64,000 nucleotides of DNA, taken from an uncultured Gammaproteobacteria bacterium. Lineage in GTDB: Bacteria; Patescibacteriota; Patescibacteriia; Magasanikbacterales; GWA2-37-8. The notes under the pieces are model-generated. The model searched no databases. It was not told the DNA's origin and saw nothing but the letters and a program-made list of their open reading frames with translations. A program made the translations under genes and the position numbers. This document shows positions 1 to 10,554 of this stretch, one piece after another; positions within the stretch are counted from its first letter, which is position 1; every line of letters begins with the position of its first letter. The stretch is from NCBI GenBank assembly GCA_964540825.1, contig CAZINT010000004.1, positions 88,835 to 152,834 of the forward strand, written 5' to 3'.

Positions 1-402
1 CATAACTGGTTTTTCGGTGCGAACTGGTTCTGGCTCTTCCATAGCAGCTGTCTTTTCCATCATCGCCACAGCGCCGTTAGCTTCGCCGGAGTAGGCGATC
101 TTCTGGTTGGCCGACAACTCACTCTTAAAATGAGTAATCATGGCACGGAGCACTTCGCGCATGAGGACAAGCTTGTTTTGGAGCGGTTTAACTTGTTCGT
201 TTTCTGCTTCAAAAACAACGGTGTAGAAATAACCGTAGCGAATTTGCTTCACTGGGTAAGCTAAACGGTTTTTACCGAGTACCGTTAATTCAGCTTTTGA
301 GCCAAACTGTTTAACTACTTCAACAATCTCTTGAGATTTCTTTTCAGCCTCTTTTTCGTCCAGAGTACCCGGCAAAATGAGGAGCAACTCGTATTTGTTC
401 AT
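1..402 (-). CDS. rpsF: 30S ribosomal protein S6 (3' end runs off the window)
   Basis: Hand translation from ATG at 402: MNKYELLLILPGTLDEKEAE...LGKNRLAYPVKQIRYGYFYTVVF...EVLRAMI, the S6 signature. Absent from the ORF track because it is truncated. Confidence 0.93.
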   Translation of the reverse strand, partial: MNKYELLLILPGTLDEKEAEKKSQEIVEVVKQFGSKAELTVLGKNRLAYPVKQIRYGYFYTVVFEAENEQVKPLQNKLVLMREVLRAMITHFKSELSANQKIAYSGEANGAVAMMEKTAAMEEPEPVRTEKPVM

Positions 403-494
403 AACGACTGATTCTAAATAAAGTAAGTAAGGCGTCTCTTTTTTAGCTGGAGCAGAGCCAAAAGAGACAAGCGAAGACATTTGTAGATGGGCGT

Positions 495-523
495 ATCCTA
501 TCAATTTCCCGGGAGAAAGTCAA
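495..523 (-). promoter_or_regulatory. sigma70 promoter of rpsF
   Basis: Minus strand TTGACT-17 nt-TAGGAT with a TG extension. Confidence 0.55.
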
Positions 524-694
524 TACACGACGGCAGTGCTTAAAAAATAGCCTATTTTATGCTTAACCAAGCTTTTTTCTGGTTTTACCGAGCCGACACT
601 TCACCCTCCAGCACAAAAGCAGCCAATCAATTAAATTTTACTTCTCTGCTCAGCCAAAATATGCTATAGTATGTCTATACTCTCTGTTTTTTGT

Positions 695-2419
695 ATGCTC
701 ACGCTTACAACCCTTAAGAAAATCATCAAAAAATATGAATTTCCGGTTACTCCGGCAGCGTTGCGCGCTGCTGAAGCTAAGGGCGAAAAGCAAAACAAAA
801 GTTTAGAGGAAATTCTTATTACCGATGGCGTTGTTAATGAAGAAAAATTTTATACCAAAGCGGCTGAATTTTTAAAAGTTCCTTTTATCGGCCTCAAGGG
901 CCGTGAAATTAAAAAAGAAGTTTTAAATCTTATCCCTGGCCCCGTAGCCGGTACGCATCAGGTAGTTGCTTTTGACCGCGATAAAGACGTCCTTAAGGTG
1001 GCCATGGCCGACCCGACCGATATTCAGATTATCGAATTTTTACACCGTAAAGCCGGCCTTACCGTCAAACCGTACCTCACTACCTTTAGCGACCTGAAAG
1101 AAGCTTTGCACCTATACCACACCGAACTCGAAGACGAACTGCGTGTTATTCAAGAAAATGGCGGTGAAGTCGGTAGCAATGATCTTAAAAAATCCGCTGA
1201 GGAACTGCCTGTCGTTAACGTGGTCAACAGCATTCTCGAGCACGCCGTCTACGAAGGGGCATCGGATATTCATATCGAACCCAACGAAAAAGAAATTCCC
1301 GTCCGCTACCGCATTGATGGCATCCTTAAAAATGTCATGACCCTCCCGAAGAACTTGCAAAACGGCGTCATGGCGAGAATTAAAATCCTCGCGAACCTCA
1401 AACTCGATGAACACATGATTCCTCAGGATGGCCGTTTTAAAATTCAAGTTCAAGATGAAAAGCTGGCGTTTCGTGTTTCTATTTTGCCGATTTACGACGG
1501 CGAAAAAGTCGTTATGCGCTTACTCCACGAAGGCACCAAACCGCTTTCGCTTGACCAGCTCGGCTTTCTTGATGAGCAGCGCGCAATTGTCGAGGAGGCA
1601 ATTAAAAAACCGCACGGCATGATCTTGGTAACGGGCCCAACGGGAAGTGGTAAAACGACTACGCTCTATACGGTACTCGGTATTTTAAATCAACCCGGCG
1701 TCAATATTTCAACCGTTGAAGACCCGATCGAATACCGGGTCAATGGCGTTAACCAGAGCCAAGTAAACCCCAAAGTTGGCTTTACGTTTGCAGCGGGCCT
1801 GCGCGCGCTTCTGCGCCAGGACCCAAACATTATTATGGTCGGTGAAATTCGCGACCAAGAAACGGCCGAAATTGCGATTAACGCTGCAATGACTGGCCAC
1901 TTGGTACTCTCGACGCTGCACACAAATGATGCCCCAACTACTTTGCCGCGCCTCATTGATATGGGCATTCCGCCGTTTCTGGTTGCTTACACAGCGAATA
2001 TTATTATTGCTCAGCGTTTGGTGCGTAAAATCTGCACGTTTTGCCGGAAGGAATACCATTTGGAAAAAGAGACCATTACAGAACTCGGCCGCATGTTTGA
2101 TCTCAAGAAAGTTTTCCCCCTCCTCAGTAAGCACGCCAAACTGAGCGCCGCCGAAAAGCATCTAGAAAAAATGACCTTTTACCAGGGTGCGGGCTGCAGG
2201 CGCTGCGGGGACACGGGGTATAAAGGCCGTATGGGTATTTATGAAATTCTTGAAGTCACCGAAGAACTAAGTAAAAAAATTACTGAAAACGCTGATGCCA
2301 ACCAAATTAAAGAATTTGCCAAAAAAACCGGAATGCTGACCATGCTTGAAGATGGACTCATTAAAGCTAAAATGGGCAGCACAACTATTAGTGAAATTTT
2401 ACGTGTAACTAAAGAATAA
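695..2419 (+). CDS. pilB: Type IV pilus assembly ATPase PilB (GspE/PulE family)
   Basis: Walker A GPTGSGKTT, ASDIHIEP, LRQDPNIIMVGEIRD, TGHLVLSTLHTN, Zn motifs CTFC/CRRC. ATG 695 is preferred because ATG 671 abuts a TGnTATAGT -10 box. Confidence 0.93.
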   Translation: MLTLTTLKKIIKKYEFPVTPAALRAAEAKGEKQNKSLEEILITDGVVNEEKFYTKAAEFLKVPFIGLKGREIKKEVLNLIPGPVAGTHQVVAFDRDKDVLKVAMADPTDIQIIEFLHRKAGLTVKPYLTTFSDLKEALHLYHTELEDELRVIQENGGEVGSNDLKKSAEELPVVNVVNSILEHAVYEGASDIHIEPNEKEIPVRYRIDGILKNVMTLPKNLQNGVMARIKILANLKLDEHMIPQDGRFKIQVQDEKLAFRVSILPIYDGEKVVMRLLHEGTKPLSLDQLGFLDEQRAIVEEAIKKPHGMILVTGPTGSGKTTTLYTVLGILNQPGVNISTVEDPIEYRVNGVNQSQVNPKVGFTFAAGLRALLRQDPNIIMVGEIRDQETAEIAINAAMTGHLVLSTLHTNDAPTTLPRLIDMGIPPFLVAYTANIIIAQRLVRKICTFCRKEYHLEKETITELGRMFDLKKVFPLLSKHAKLSAAEKHLEKMTFYQGAGCRRCGDTGYKGRMGIYEILEVTEELSKKITENADANQIKEFAKKTGMLTMLEDGLIKAKMGSTTISEILRVTKE

Positions 2420-2443
2420 CCAAAAAAAGTTACTTAAAAATTT

Positions 2444-3559
2444 ATGGCTCCCACAAAGGAGAAGGAGAAAAAACTATCGCCGTTTGAACAAAAAATGAAC
2501 GACTTTTTAGATCGTCATCTGCTTCATGTTTCTGTGATGCAGAAAATTTTGTTCGTCCACAATTTGGAAATCATGATCAAAGCCGGCCTCTCCATCGTGG
2601 CAGCGCTCAAAATTTTAGCAAGTCAGGTTGATAGCAAAGGACTTCAAAAAATTGTGATCGATATTGGACTGCAGGTTGAGAAAGGCAGACAGCTGAGCGA
2701 AGTACTTAGCGAGTACCCCAAAGTGTTTCCGCCAATTTATGTCAGCATGATCGCTTCCGGCGAGGCTTCGGGCAAAATGGAAGAAGCGCTGGAACAAGTT
2801 ACCACCCAAATGAAAAAAAGTTATGAGCTTACAAGCCGCATTAAAGGCGCGCTTATCTACCCGGCGGTTGTGTTTACCGCCATGGTCGGGATTGGTGTAG
2901 AAATGGTGGTCTTCGTATTGCCCAAAATCATTGTCATGTTCGAAGACTCTAATTCTAAACTGCCCCTCCCCACTCGCATCATGGTCGCACTGGTTACTTT
3001 TATGCAACAAAACGGACTCTACCTCGCGATTGGCCTGGTTCTTTTTGTCATACTGTGCGCCTGGCTTATTCGTATTCCTCCGATTAAAAAACTAGTTCAC
3101 CGCATGAATTTGCACCTGCCTATCGCTGGTAAAATTATTAAAAAAATCAATTTAGCCCGCTTTACGCTTACGCTCTCCTCACTTCTTCAGAGTAGCCTGC
3201 CTATTATTGATTCCATGAAAATTACCGCACTGGTCGAGGGCAATGTTATTTACCGCGCGGCACTGCTCAACGCGGCAGAGCGGCTCAAAAAAGGCCAGAC
3301 CTTATCTGAAATTTTGCTTGATGACCCAAAACTTTTTCCACCAATGGTAACGGGCATGCTGAACGTTGGCGAAGAATCAGGTCAGGTGGAAAAAATGCTG
3401 AGAGAATTAGCTGATTACTACGGCAACGAAGTTGATGTAACCATGAAAAATTTTGCCACCATCATTGAACCAGTTATTATTCTAGTTATGGGTCTCGGGG
3501 TTGCGGGCATGGCCGTATCCGTAATTATGCCGATGTATAGTCTTGCCCAAGGATTCTAA
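2444..3559 (+). CDS. pilC: Type IV pilus inner-membrane platform protein PilC (GspF family)
   Basis: Two T2SSF repeats (SGEASGKMEEAL; VGEESGQVEKML) and the C-terminus IEPVIIL..IMPMY; follows pilB. Confidence 0.92.
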   Translation: MAPTKEKEKKLSPFEQKMNDFLDRHLLHVSVMQKILFVHNLEIMIKAGLSIVAALKILASQVDSKGLQKIVIDIGLQVEKGRQLSEVLSEYPKVFPPIYVSMIASGEASGKMEEALEQVTTQMKKSYELTSRIKGALIYPAVVFTAMVGIGVEMVVFVLPKIIVMFEDSNSKLPLPTRIMVALVTFMQQNGLYLAIGLVLFVILCAWLIRIPPIKKLVHRMNLHLPIAGKIIKKINLARFTLTLSSLLQSSLPIIDSMKITALVEGNVIYRAALLNAAERLKKGQTLSEILLDDPKLFPPMVTGMLNVGEESGQVEKMLRELADYYGNEVDVTMKNFATIIEPVIILVMGLGVAGMAVSVIMPMYSLAQGF

Positions 3560-3572
3560 TTTTCGCCGTACA

Positions 3573-4673
3573 ATGTTTTTACACAATCCGATCACAGGTG
3601 CTTTTGGCCTCGATATTGGGGACAGGTCAATCAAACTTGTACAACTGAGCAAACATTTGGTACCGCTTCGGCACGGTTCTTTTGCTATTAAAGAAATTCG
3701 CGAACTGAGCTTGCCTCCCGGATATATTGTTGAAGGCGAAATTCAACAGCCCGAAATGGTGCGCAAAAAATTAAGCTTACTTCTTGGTAAAGAAGGCAGT
3801 TTTCCGGACATTGGCAGCCCTTGGGTTGTGGCTGATTTGCCTGAGCCAAAAACATTTCTAAAACTTATTGAGTTGTCTGTTCCGCCAGCTGAAATAACGA
3901 CGGAAGATGTTTTATTCCAAGCCAAAAAGCATTTGCCCTTCGAGGCTGAGGATACGTACTTTGATTGGCAAGTGGTACACCAGGGCGGGAGGGGTGAACG
4001 AACTAAAGTACTCCTTGGCGCGGTCCAAAAGACTATTGCTGACTCATACACCTATTTACTTGAGAGTCTGCGGCTCAAGCCCTTAGCACTTGAAATTCAG
4101 GCTATTGCCCTCTGCCGATCCATGATCACCGGCACCAAAGATTATGATGGTGAAGCCAGGGCAATTATTGATCTCGGCGCTACGCGCTCAAGCCTTATTG
4201 TGTACGACCAAGATACGCCGCAATTTAGCACCAGCCTTACCTTTTCCAGCGAACTTGTCAGAGATACTATCGCCAAAGGTTTAGGAATTGACCCGGAAGC
4301 TGCCGAAAAACTAAAAAATGAAGTCGGGTTTACCTACGATAAAACTAATCCCAAGTACTTAAAAATTGTTTCAGCGCTTTCAGCAAAGCTGATTGATGAA
4401 ATTAGACAAGGACTCGAATTTTATGCCGATCATTTTGAAAACGCTGATCCAGTTACCCACATTACGCTTTGCGGCGGCCTGGCGCGATTAAAAAATTTAG
4501 AAGCATTATTATCTAAAGAATTCAAGATTGCTGCCGCGCTCGGTCACCCTTGGAAAAATATTTTTAATGCTCCGGTTGAACGGTATGATAACGATGACGG
4601 GCTTACTTTTGCAACCGCTATCGGGCTCGGACTGCGCGCTGCGCGCAACCCGCTTGAGGAATATCGCTTATGA
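3573..4673 (+). CDS. pilM: Type IV pilus assembly protein PilM
   Basis: Actin-like motifs FGLDIGDRSIKLVQL, IIDLGATRS, LCGGLARL, and the C-terminus ATAIGLGLR. Confidence 0.9.
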   Translation: MFLHNPITGAFGLDIGDRSIKLVQLSKHLVPLRHGSFAIKEIRELSLPPGYIVEGEIQQPEMVRKKLSLLLGKEGSFPDIGSPWVVADLPEPKTFLKLIELSVPPAEITTEDVLFQAKKHLPFEAEDTYFDWQVVHQGGRGERTKVLLGAVQKTIADSYTYLLESLRLKPLALEIQAIALCRSMITGTKDYDGEARAIIDLGATRSSLIVYDQDTPQFSTSLTFSSELVRDTIAKGLGIDPEAAEKLKNEVGFTYDKTNPKYLKIVSALSAKLIDEIRQGLEFYADHFENADPVTHITLCGGLARLKNLEALLSKEFKIAAALGHPWKNIFNAPVERYDNDDGLTFATAIGLGLRAARNPLEEYRL

Positions 4674-5254
4674 ATATCCTTCACCTAAATCTGGTATCAG
4701 TCGAGAAAAGAAATAAACTCGAAAAGCTTATTAAATTTTTATTTACCAAAAACATCTTAGAATTAGTAATGCTTTTTTGTATTCTCATCGCTTTAACTCT
4801 GCTCTGGACATCGCTCACACTTACCGGCGAATTTACCGCTGCGACCCCAGGAGCAAACCAGCGCAGTTCAGAATACAGCGTTTACAGTCAAGACGCAGCC
4901 ACTATTAATACAGCTGTTCGCAATATAAATCTGGCCAGTATGGGCGCGGTAAGTACTACACCCAAGCTGATCGCACTCATCGAACAAATTCCTGGCGATA
5001 TTAAGCTAAGCAGCCTCAATTTTGATCGCAAGGCAAATACGCTGACACTCTCGGGAACTGCTCGAACCCGTGACGCACTGCTTAACTTACAGGAAATCCT
5101 TAAAAAAATCTCTTGGATCGAAAAAAGTTCAGCGCCGCTCTCGCAACTATTCACCGCCTCCGATGTCTCCTTCGAAATTAAATCGACCTTACAGAGTTTT
5201 CCGCCACTTCGCCCTGACGCAGCAGCCGCGGCACCACGGGCTTCCACCGAGTAA
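4670..5254 (+). CDS. pilN: PilN-domain fimbrial assembly protein
   Basis: N-terminal LNL motif, one TM, IPGDIKLSSL..LTLSGTARTRDAL; overlaps the pilM stop. Confidence 0.75.
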   Translation: MNILHLNLVSVEKRNKLEKLIKFLFTKNILELVMLFCILIALTLLWTSLTLTGEFTAATPGANQRSSEYSVYSQDAATINTAVRNINLASMGAVSTTPKLIALIEQIPGDIKLSSLNFDRKANTLTLSGTARTRDALLNLQEILKKISWIEKSSAPLSQLFTASDVSFEIKSTLQSFPPLRPDAAAAAPRASTE

Positions 5255-5263
5255 TAAATTTCT

Positions 5264-5806
5264 ATGAAAATTGGCTTGGAAAGAAAAATTTTTATAACTT
5301 TAATACTTTTTGCTCTTGGCATTCTTGTAATTATTATTGCGATTATTATTCCTTCGGCACGAATGCTCCTTACCCTTCGCGATCGCGGAGCGGCAGCGAG
5401 ATTAGACCTTGAACAGCACCATACCGAACCTGTAAACGTCCGCAGTTTAATTCAAGATATCAAAACGCTCCGGATAACTACTAGCCAATACCCTAGCCAC
5501 CTTTTTAAAGCGGGCGACGAATTAAAGCTGATTACTGCGCTTGAGAAAGTTGCCGCTCAAACGGCTGTAAATCAAAAAATTGAGAATTCCAACTTCGACG
5601 CCATCACCAATCAAAAAGCCAGCGTGTCTTTAGCGGTGACCGGTCATTACCAAAATGTACTTCATTATCTAGAATCCGTCGAAAATCTGCCTTATTTTAT
5701 CATTCCGGAACAAATTACTTTTTCACCCCGCGAAGCCGGAGATGCCGCGTCAAAGGATACCGAGGTTTCATTACATTTGGTTTTATCAGTGTATGTTAAC
5801 CCTTAA
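5264..5806 (+). CDS. pilO: PilO-like pilus assembly protein
   Basis: N-terminal TM and VTGHYQNVLHYLESVENLPYFI PilO-like motif; position after pilN. Confidence 0.7.
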   Translation: MKIGLERKIFITLILFALGILVIIIAIIIPSARMLLTLRDRGAAARLDLEQHHTEPVNVRSLIQDIKTLRITTSQYPSHLFKAGDELKLITALEKVAAQTAVNQKIENSNFDAITNQKASVSLAVTGHYQNVLHYLESVENLPYFIIPEQITFSPREAGDAASKDTEVSLHLVLSVYVNP

Positions 5807-6146
5807 CAAAAATCATCGTCCCGCGAAGTCCCCCTATACAGCCTGGCGAATAGCTAGTATCTTAGTCGTGCTCGCCATGACTCTTGTTACAGTAATTTGT
5901 TTTTACTTTACCTACCGGTTAGCCTTTGGTATCATTGACGATCAAAGCATTATTGCGCAGCTTCAGGCTGAACCGAACATCACTCCCCTTGATACCGTCG
6001 GAGCAGCTAAAGCGTCGGCGGCACTTACAATCAAAGAACAGCCGCCGCTCTATCCCCCTCTCGTTCGCAATATTTTTGTTTATACCAGCTCTAGCCCTTC
6101 TTCGTATGTTCCGCTCCCCGAGTCACTCCCAACCCCACGGCCTTAA
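5793..6146 (+). CDS. Hypothetical single-TM protein (position of a PilP-like gene)
   Basis: ORF overlapping the pilO end; one TM, then RNIF and a Pro-rich tail. Confidence 0.55.
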   Translation: MLTLNKNHRPAKSPYTAWRIASILVVLAMTLVTVICFYFTYRLAFGIIDDQSIIAQLQAEPNITPLDTVGAAKASAALTIKEQPPLYPPLVRNIFVYTSSSPSSYVPLPESLPTPRP

Positions 6147-7326
6147 ACGCTGGTGGTTTATTGCCGGACGTACCCCGCTTGTTTCTTTTGCTGAAATTAA
6201 AACTTTATTTAAAAACGGTTCTCATGAAATTACCGGCCCGCTTATTCGCACTACCTGGAGCGAAATTCCTGGCGCTACCCCGGCTGAAGCGATTAAACGT
6301 CTGGGCGGCACGGTTAAATTAGGCGAGGAACTTACGCTCAACGTTTTAGAAAACGATCTTCAAGCAGCAATGCTCACCGAGCTGGAGCGACTTGAAGGTA
6401 AAATCGAATTTGGCATCAGTCTTTACACCGGAGTCGATACTGTACGTCTTGGAACACTCGAGCAGCTTGAACGCTGGGGTAAAGCCTTAAAACAAAAACT
6501 TAAAAAAACTGGAATATCAGTCCGCTACGTTGAAAGCCGAGAACCAGTGCTTTCATCGGTAAGCGTTGAAAAAAACGGTCTTACTAAACGAGGCTTAGAA
6601 TTTTTAGTTTACGAGGAATCGGACGGTTCTTTTTCGCTTGCAAAAACTTTGGCCGTACAGCCATTTGAAGCATTAGGTGCCCGTGATTTTGGCCGCCCCG
6701 GACGCGACGACACGAGCGGCATGCTCCCCCCAAAACTCGCTCTCATGCTGCTTAACTTAACCGGCGCCGAGAAAGACCAAACAGTACTTGATCCATTTTG
6801 CGGATCGGGGACTATAGTGACCGAAGCGATGCTTGTAGGGTTTAAAAAAATTATTGGCGCAGACTTATCTGACAAAGCGGTTGAGGATACCAAAAAAAAC
6901 GTTGCCTGGCAGCAGACTCAAAATTTTTCCTCCTCAGAAGTAAAAATTTTTCAAAGTGATGCGGCTGAACTTGACGGCAAACTTCCCTCCGAATCGATTG
7001 ACGCCATCGCCACCGAACCGTATTTAGGCAAACCACTGCGCGGCGGCGAGACCAAAGCCATGCTTGACACCCAAGTCAAAGACCTTAAACAAATCTACCT
7101 CGCCGCTTTTAAAGCTTTTAGTAAAATTCTTAAACCCGGGGCGGCTGTGGTATTTATTATTCCTTGTTTTAAATACCAAAATACTTGGCTTCGTATCGAC
7201 TGCGCAAAAGAAATAAAAAAATATGGTTTTATTCCATCCCCACTCCTTTCTGACAGCGACTTTGTCTTATATGCCCGGCCCAACCAGCGGGTGGGACGAG
7301 AAATTTGGCGCTTCAAAAAGAATTAG
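6106..7326 (+). CDS. SAM-dependent RNA methyltransferase (TRM11/UPF0020-like)
   Basis: GMLPPKLA, LDPFCGSGTI (motif I), IATEPYLG (motif IV). Confidence 0.8.
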   Translation: MFRSPSHSQPHGLKRWWFIAGRTPLVSFAEIKTLFKNGSHEITGPLIRTTWSEIPGATPAEAIKRLGGTVKLGEELTLNVLENDLQAAMLTELERLEGKIEFGISLYTGVDTVRLGTLEQLERWGKALKQKLKKTGISVRYVESREPVLSSVSVEKNGLTKRGLEFLVYEESDGSFSLAKTLAVQPFEALGARDFGRPGRDDTSGMLPPKLALMLLNLTGAEKDQTVLDPFCGSGTIVTEAMLVGFKKIIGADLSDKAVEDTKKNVAWQQTQNFSSSEVKIFQSDAAELDGKLPSESIDAIATEPYLGKPLRGGETKAMLDTQVKDLKQIYLAAFKAFSKILKPGAAVVFIIPCFKYQNTWLRIDCAKEIKKYGFIPSPLLSDSDFVLYARPNQRVGREIWRFKKN

Positions 7327-7375
7327 TATTTTTACTTAGACCTCCCCCTCCTGCTGCCGAGCACGAAACGACTTT

Positions 7376-9133
7376 ATGCCTACACTTATTGAAATAAAAA
7401 ACTTGTCTAAGTCCTACTTCCAGCAACCCCTTTTTTCAGCTGCGTCGCTTGCTGTCAATACCGAACAAAAAATTGGCGTTATTGGTCGCAACGGGGCAGG
7501 AAAATCAACTTTATTTAAAATACTTCTCGGTGAAGAGCAGCCTGACAGCGGTTCGGTCATCATCCATGACCGAACACGCCTCGGCTACATTGAACAACAC
7601 GATGTTATTGATACCACCGAAACGGTGATTGCTTATCTAGAAAAAACAACTCATCAACCCGTCTGGGAGTGCGCCAAAGTGGCCGCAACATTTGATTTTA
7701 CCCCGGCGATGCTTGAGCTGCCGATCCAAACCTTTTCAGGCGGTTACCAGATGCGCATTAAACTTATTGCCCTGCTCCTCAAAGACCCCAATCTCTTTTT
7801 GCTCGACGAACCGACGAATTATCTCGACGTACAAACTCAACTCCTCTTGGAACAAGCGCTGGTTTCATATTCTGGTGCTTTTTTAATCATTTCGCACGAC
7901 CGAGAATTTTTGGAACGCACGTGCGACATGACACTTGAAGTTGAACATGAAAAATTGTTTTTGTACCCCGGGGATGTTGCCGCGTACTTTGACTATAAAC
8001 GCGAGCAGCTCATCATGAAAGAAGCCTACAACAAAAAAATCGATCGCGAACAAAAACATTTACAAAATTTTGTCGATCGTTTTCGCTATAAAGCCAGTAA
8101 AGCGAGCCAGGCACAATCAAAGCTGAAAGCCCTGACCAAATTAAAAAAACTCGATATAGCCGACCCACTGGCACGCGTCAGAATTACTATCCCCGGGATT
8201 GAAGCCAAAAAGGGGGTCGCATTTTCTTGCAATAAACTCAGTATTGGCTATGGTGAAAAAATTGTAGCCAGTAACGCAACGTTTGATATTGACCGAGGCG
8301 CTAAAGTTGCCATTGTAGGCGCCAACGGCCAGGGTAAAACCACTTTTCTTAAGACATTAGTTAACGAACTTCCGGCTCTTAGCGGAACGTTCCGTTGGGG
8401 GCACGGAACGACCAGCGCTTACTATGCCCAGCATGTTGCGAGCCGCTTACCAAACAACGAACTAGTCTGGGATTATTTGCGCACGCACGCCGACAGCACA
8501 CTTCCCGATGAAATGGTTTTGCAAATGGCCGGAAATTTTTTGTTCAGAGAAGCAGCACTCCAAAAAAAGATTGGTGTTCTGAGCGGTGGCGAAAAGGCCC
8601 GTTTGTGCCTGGCCAGCTTATTGCTTACCAAAAGTAATGTGCTTATTTTGGACGAACCAACTAATCATCTTGATTTTGAAACTGTCGAAGCACTTGCTGC
8701 AGCGCTCGCGGATTATGCGGGAACAATTTTTTTCATTAGTCACAACCGCACGTTCGTGAATTCGTTAGCTACACTACTTGTTGAGGTTAAAGATGGCGTG
8801 GTTAGGCGCTACCCAGACTCGTACGAAAATTATATTTATTCATTAGGAACTGATGCGGCGGAAACCCAAACTACACCAAAAACTAGCAAAGACACACCAG
8901 ACAAAGAAGCGGCGAAACAAAAACACGAAGCAATGAAGTTTCTTAAAAAAAGAAGTCAGTCGCTGGAAAAAGAAATGCAGCGGCTAACCAGCGAGCGTGA
9001 CCGCTTACTGGCACGCCAGGCAAAACGGCCTGAAAAGTTTTTAGCTGCTGACTACGAACTCCTCAGCAAAATTATTCACGAACTTGAGTCAACTGAAGAG
9101 GAATGGTTACAAATAGCTGAAAAACAAAATTAA
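7376..9133 (+). CDS. ABC-F family ATP-binding protein
   Basis: Two ABC domains (GRNGAGKST/FSGG/LLDEPTN; GANGQGKTT/LSGGE/ILDEPTN), no TM, C-terminal coiled coil. Confidence 0.92.
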   Translation: MPTLIEIKNLSKSYFQQPLFSAASLAVNTEQKIGVIGRNGAGKSTLFKILLGEEQPDSGSVIIHDRTRLGYIEQHDVIDTTETVIAYLEKTTHQPVWECAKVAATFDFTPAMLELPIQTFSGGYQMRIKLIALLLKDPNLFLLDEPTNYLDVQTQLLLEQALVSYSGAFLIISHDREFLERTCDMTLEVEHEKLFLYPGDVAAYFDYKREQLIMKEAYNKKIDREQKHLQNFVDRFRYKASKASQAQSKLKALTKLKKLDIADPLARVRITIPGIEAKKGVAFSCNKLSIGYGEKIVASNATFDIDRGAKVAIVGANGQGKTTFLKTLVNELPALSGTFRWGHGTTSAYYAQHVASRLPNNELVWDYLRTHADSTLPDEMVLQMAGNFLFREAALQKKIGVLSGGEKARLCLASLLLTKSNVLILDEPTNHLDFETVEALAAALADYAGTIFFISHNRTFVNSLATLLVEVKDGVVRRYPDSYENYIYSLGTDAAETQTTPKTSKDTPDKEAAKQKHEAMKFLKKRSQSLEKEMQRLTSERDRLLARQAKRPEKFLAADYELLSKIIHELESTEEEWLQIAEKQN

Positions 9134-9163
9134 AAAACCGCTCTATTCAAGAGCGGTTTTTTT
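9132..9163. terminator. Bidirectional intrinsic terminator
   Basis: aaaaaaccgctct-attca-agagcggttttttt between convergent ABC-F and ychF. Confidence 0.8.
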
Positions 9164-10234
9164 CTAGGTCGCGATGTGAAAATAACAAACGTCACCATCC
9201 TTTACCACATATTCTTTTCCTTCGAGCCGAAGCTTGCCGCTTTCTTTTAATTTTCCCCAACCGCCGAGGGTAACAAAATCTTCCCATCCAACCACATCGG
9301 CTTTAATAAAGCCCTTAATAAAATCGGTATGAATAACGCCGGCTGCATAGGGTGCTTTAGTCCCCGTATTCACCGTCCAGGCGCGCGTTTCGGGTTCGCC
9401 CGAAGTGAAGTAGGTAATTAAATTTAAAAGCTGGTAACCTGCCGTAATCAATTTATCTAAACCTGTTTTTTCAATTCCAAGACTATGTAAATATTCTTTT
9501 CCTTCTTCAGGCGAAAGATCGGCAAGTTCCGCCTCCATTCGAGCGCACACTTCAATTTGAGCCACTCCCGGTTCTACTTGAGTTGCAGCACTGCCGCTTT
9601 CGGCCACATTCACCACATACATCATCGGCTTCATGGTGATAAGCTGCAACGTCTTTAGCAGCACACGCTCATCATCAGTATACTCAAGCATACGCGCAGC
9701 TTTATTTTGCTGGAGCTGGTCGTAGACTTTTTGCAAAAGATCAATTTCTGGTTGTAATTCTTTTAGCGCCGTACCTTTGGCACTTTTTTTAGTCGTTTCA
9801 AGCCGCTTGCCCACCACCTGCAGGTCAGCCAAAACAAGTTCCGTATTAATAATCTCAGCGTCTTCAAGCGGATTCACCCGGTTGTGTACGTGGGTGATAT
9901 TATTATCTTCAAAATTACGTACGACATGAGCAATAGCATCAACTTCTCGAATATGTGACAAAAATTTATTACCCAAGCCTTCGCCTTCGCTGGCACCTTT
10001 AACCAAACCAGCAATATCCACAAATTCAATTGTAGTTGGAATTATTTTTTTGGACTGCGAAACGTCGCTTAGCTTTTGCAGGCGAACATCGGGAACTTCA
10101 ACCACCCCAACGTTTGGGTCGATGGTGCAGAAAGGATAATTTTGGACATTGGCCTGTTTCGTCCGGGTCAGAGCATTAAAAAGCGTCGATTTACCCACAT
10201 TAGGCAACCCGACAATACCAATAGAAAACGACAT
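9164..10234 (-). CDS. ychF: Ribosome-binding ATPase YchF
   Basis: [58 protein letters not shown]. Confidence 0.97.
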   Translation of the reverse strand: MSFSIGIVGLPNVGKSTLFNALTRTKQANVQNYPFCTIDPNVGVVEVPDVRLQKLSDVSQSKKIIPTTIEFVDIAGLVKGASEGEGLGNKFLSHIREVDAIAHVVRNFEDNNITHVHNRVNPLEDAEIINTELVLADLQVVGKRLETTKKSAKGTALKELQPEIDLLQKVYDQLQQNKAARMLEYTDDERVLLKTLQLITMKPMMYVVNVAESGSAATQVEPGVAQIEVCARMEAELADLSPEEGKEYLHSLGIEKTGLDKLITAGYQLLNLITYFTSGEPETRAWTVNTGTKAPYAAGVIHTDFIKGFIKADVVGWEDFVTLGGWGKLKESGKLRLEGKEYVVKDGDVCYFHIAT

Positions 10235-10305
10235 AGATTCCGAATAAAAGACTAATTAATCTTCCACACTATACCTAAGTACCCCAAATATCGCAAGGGA
10301 AACCA

Positions 10306-10333
10306 TTGACTTCTCTTTCTGGGGTGCTATACT
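10306..10333 (+). promoter_or_regulatory. sigma70 promoter of tRNA-Ala(GGC)
   Basis: TTGACT-16 nt-TATACT with a TG extension. Confidence 0.6.
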
Positions 10334-10349
10334 AACGACGTTAAATTTC

Positions 10350-10423
10350 GGGCCTTTAGCTCAGCTGGCTAGAGCGCTTCCATGGCATGGAAGAGGTCAA
10401 GGGTTCAAGTCCCTTAAGGTCCA
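10350..10423 (+). tRNA. tRNA-Ala(GGC)
   Basis: Acceptor GGGCCTT/AAGGTCC with G3:U70, anticodon arm cttcc-atGGCat-ggaag, T loop TTCAAGT; CCA not encoded. Confidence 0.95.
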
Positions 10424-10425
10424 CA
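10382..10425 (+). repeat. attL direct repeat (44 bp)
   Basis: atggcatggaagaggtcaagggttcaagtcccttaaggtccaca, identical to 19266-19309; begins at the anticodon loop. Confidence 0.92.
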
Positions 10426-10554
10426 CTTTCGGCTTACGTTAGCCACTCTGTAGAATAAACTTCAAAAATACATTCAGCCCCCGACCCCTTTCGTCCAAAA
10501 TGCGGTCGTCGGCTCATGATACTGCAAGCAGATTTTTGCAGTATTTTTTGTTCT

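Noticed and set aside
5926-6105. N-terminal extension of the methyltransferase ORF
   Set aside because: It overlaps the upstream TM gene and looks non-coding in that frame; ATG 6106 is more plausible
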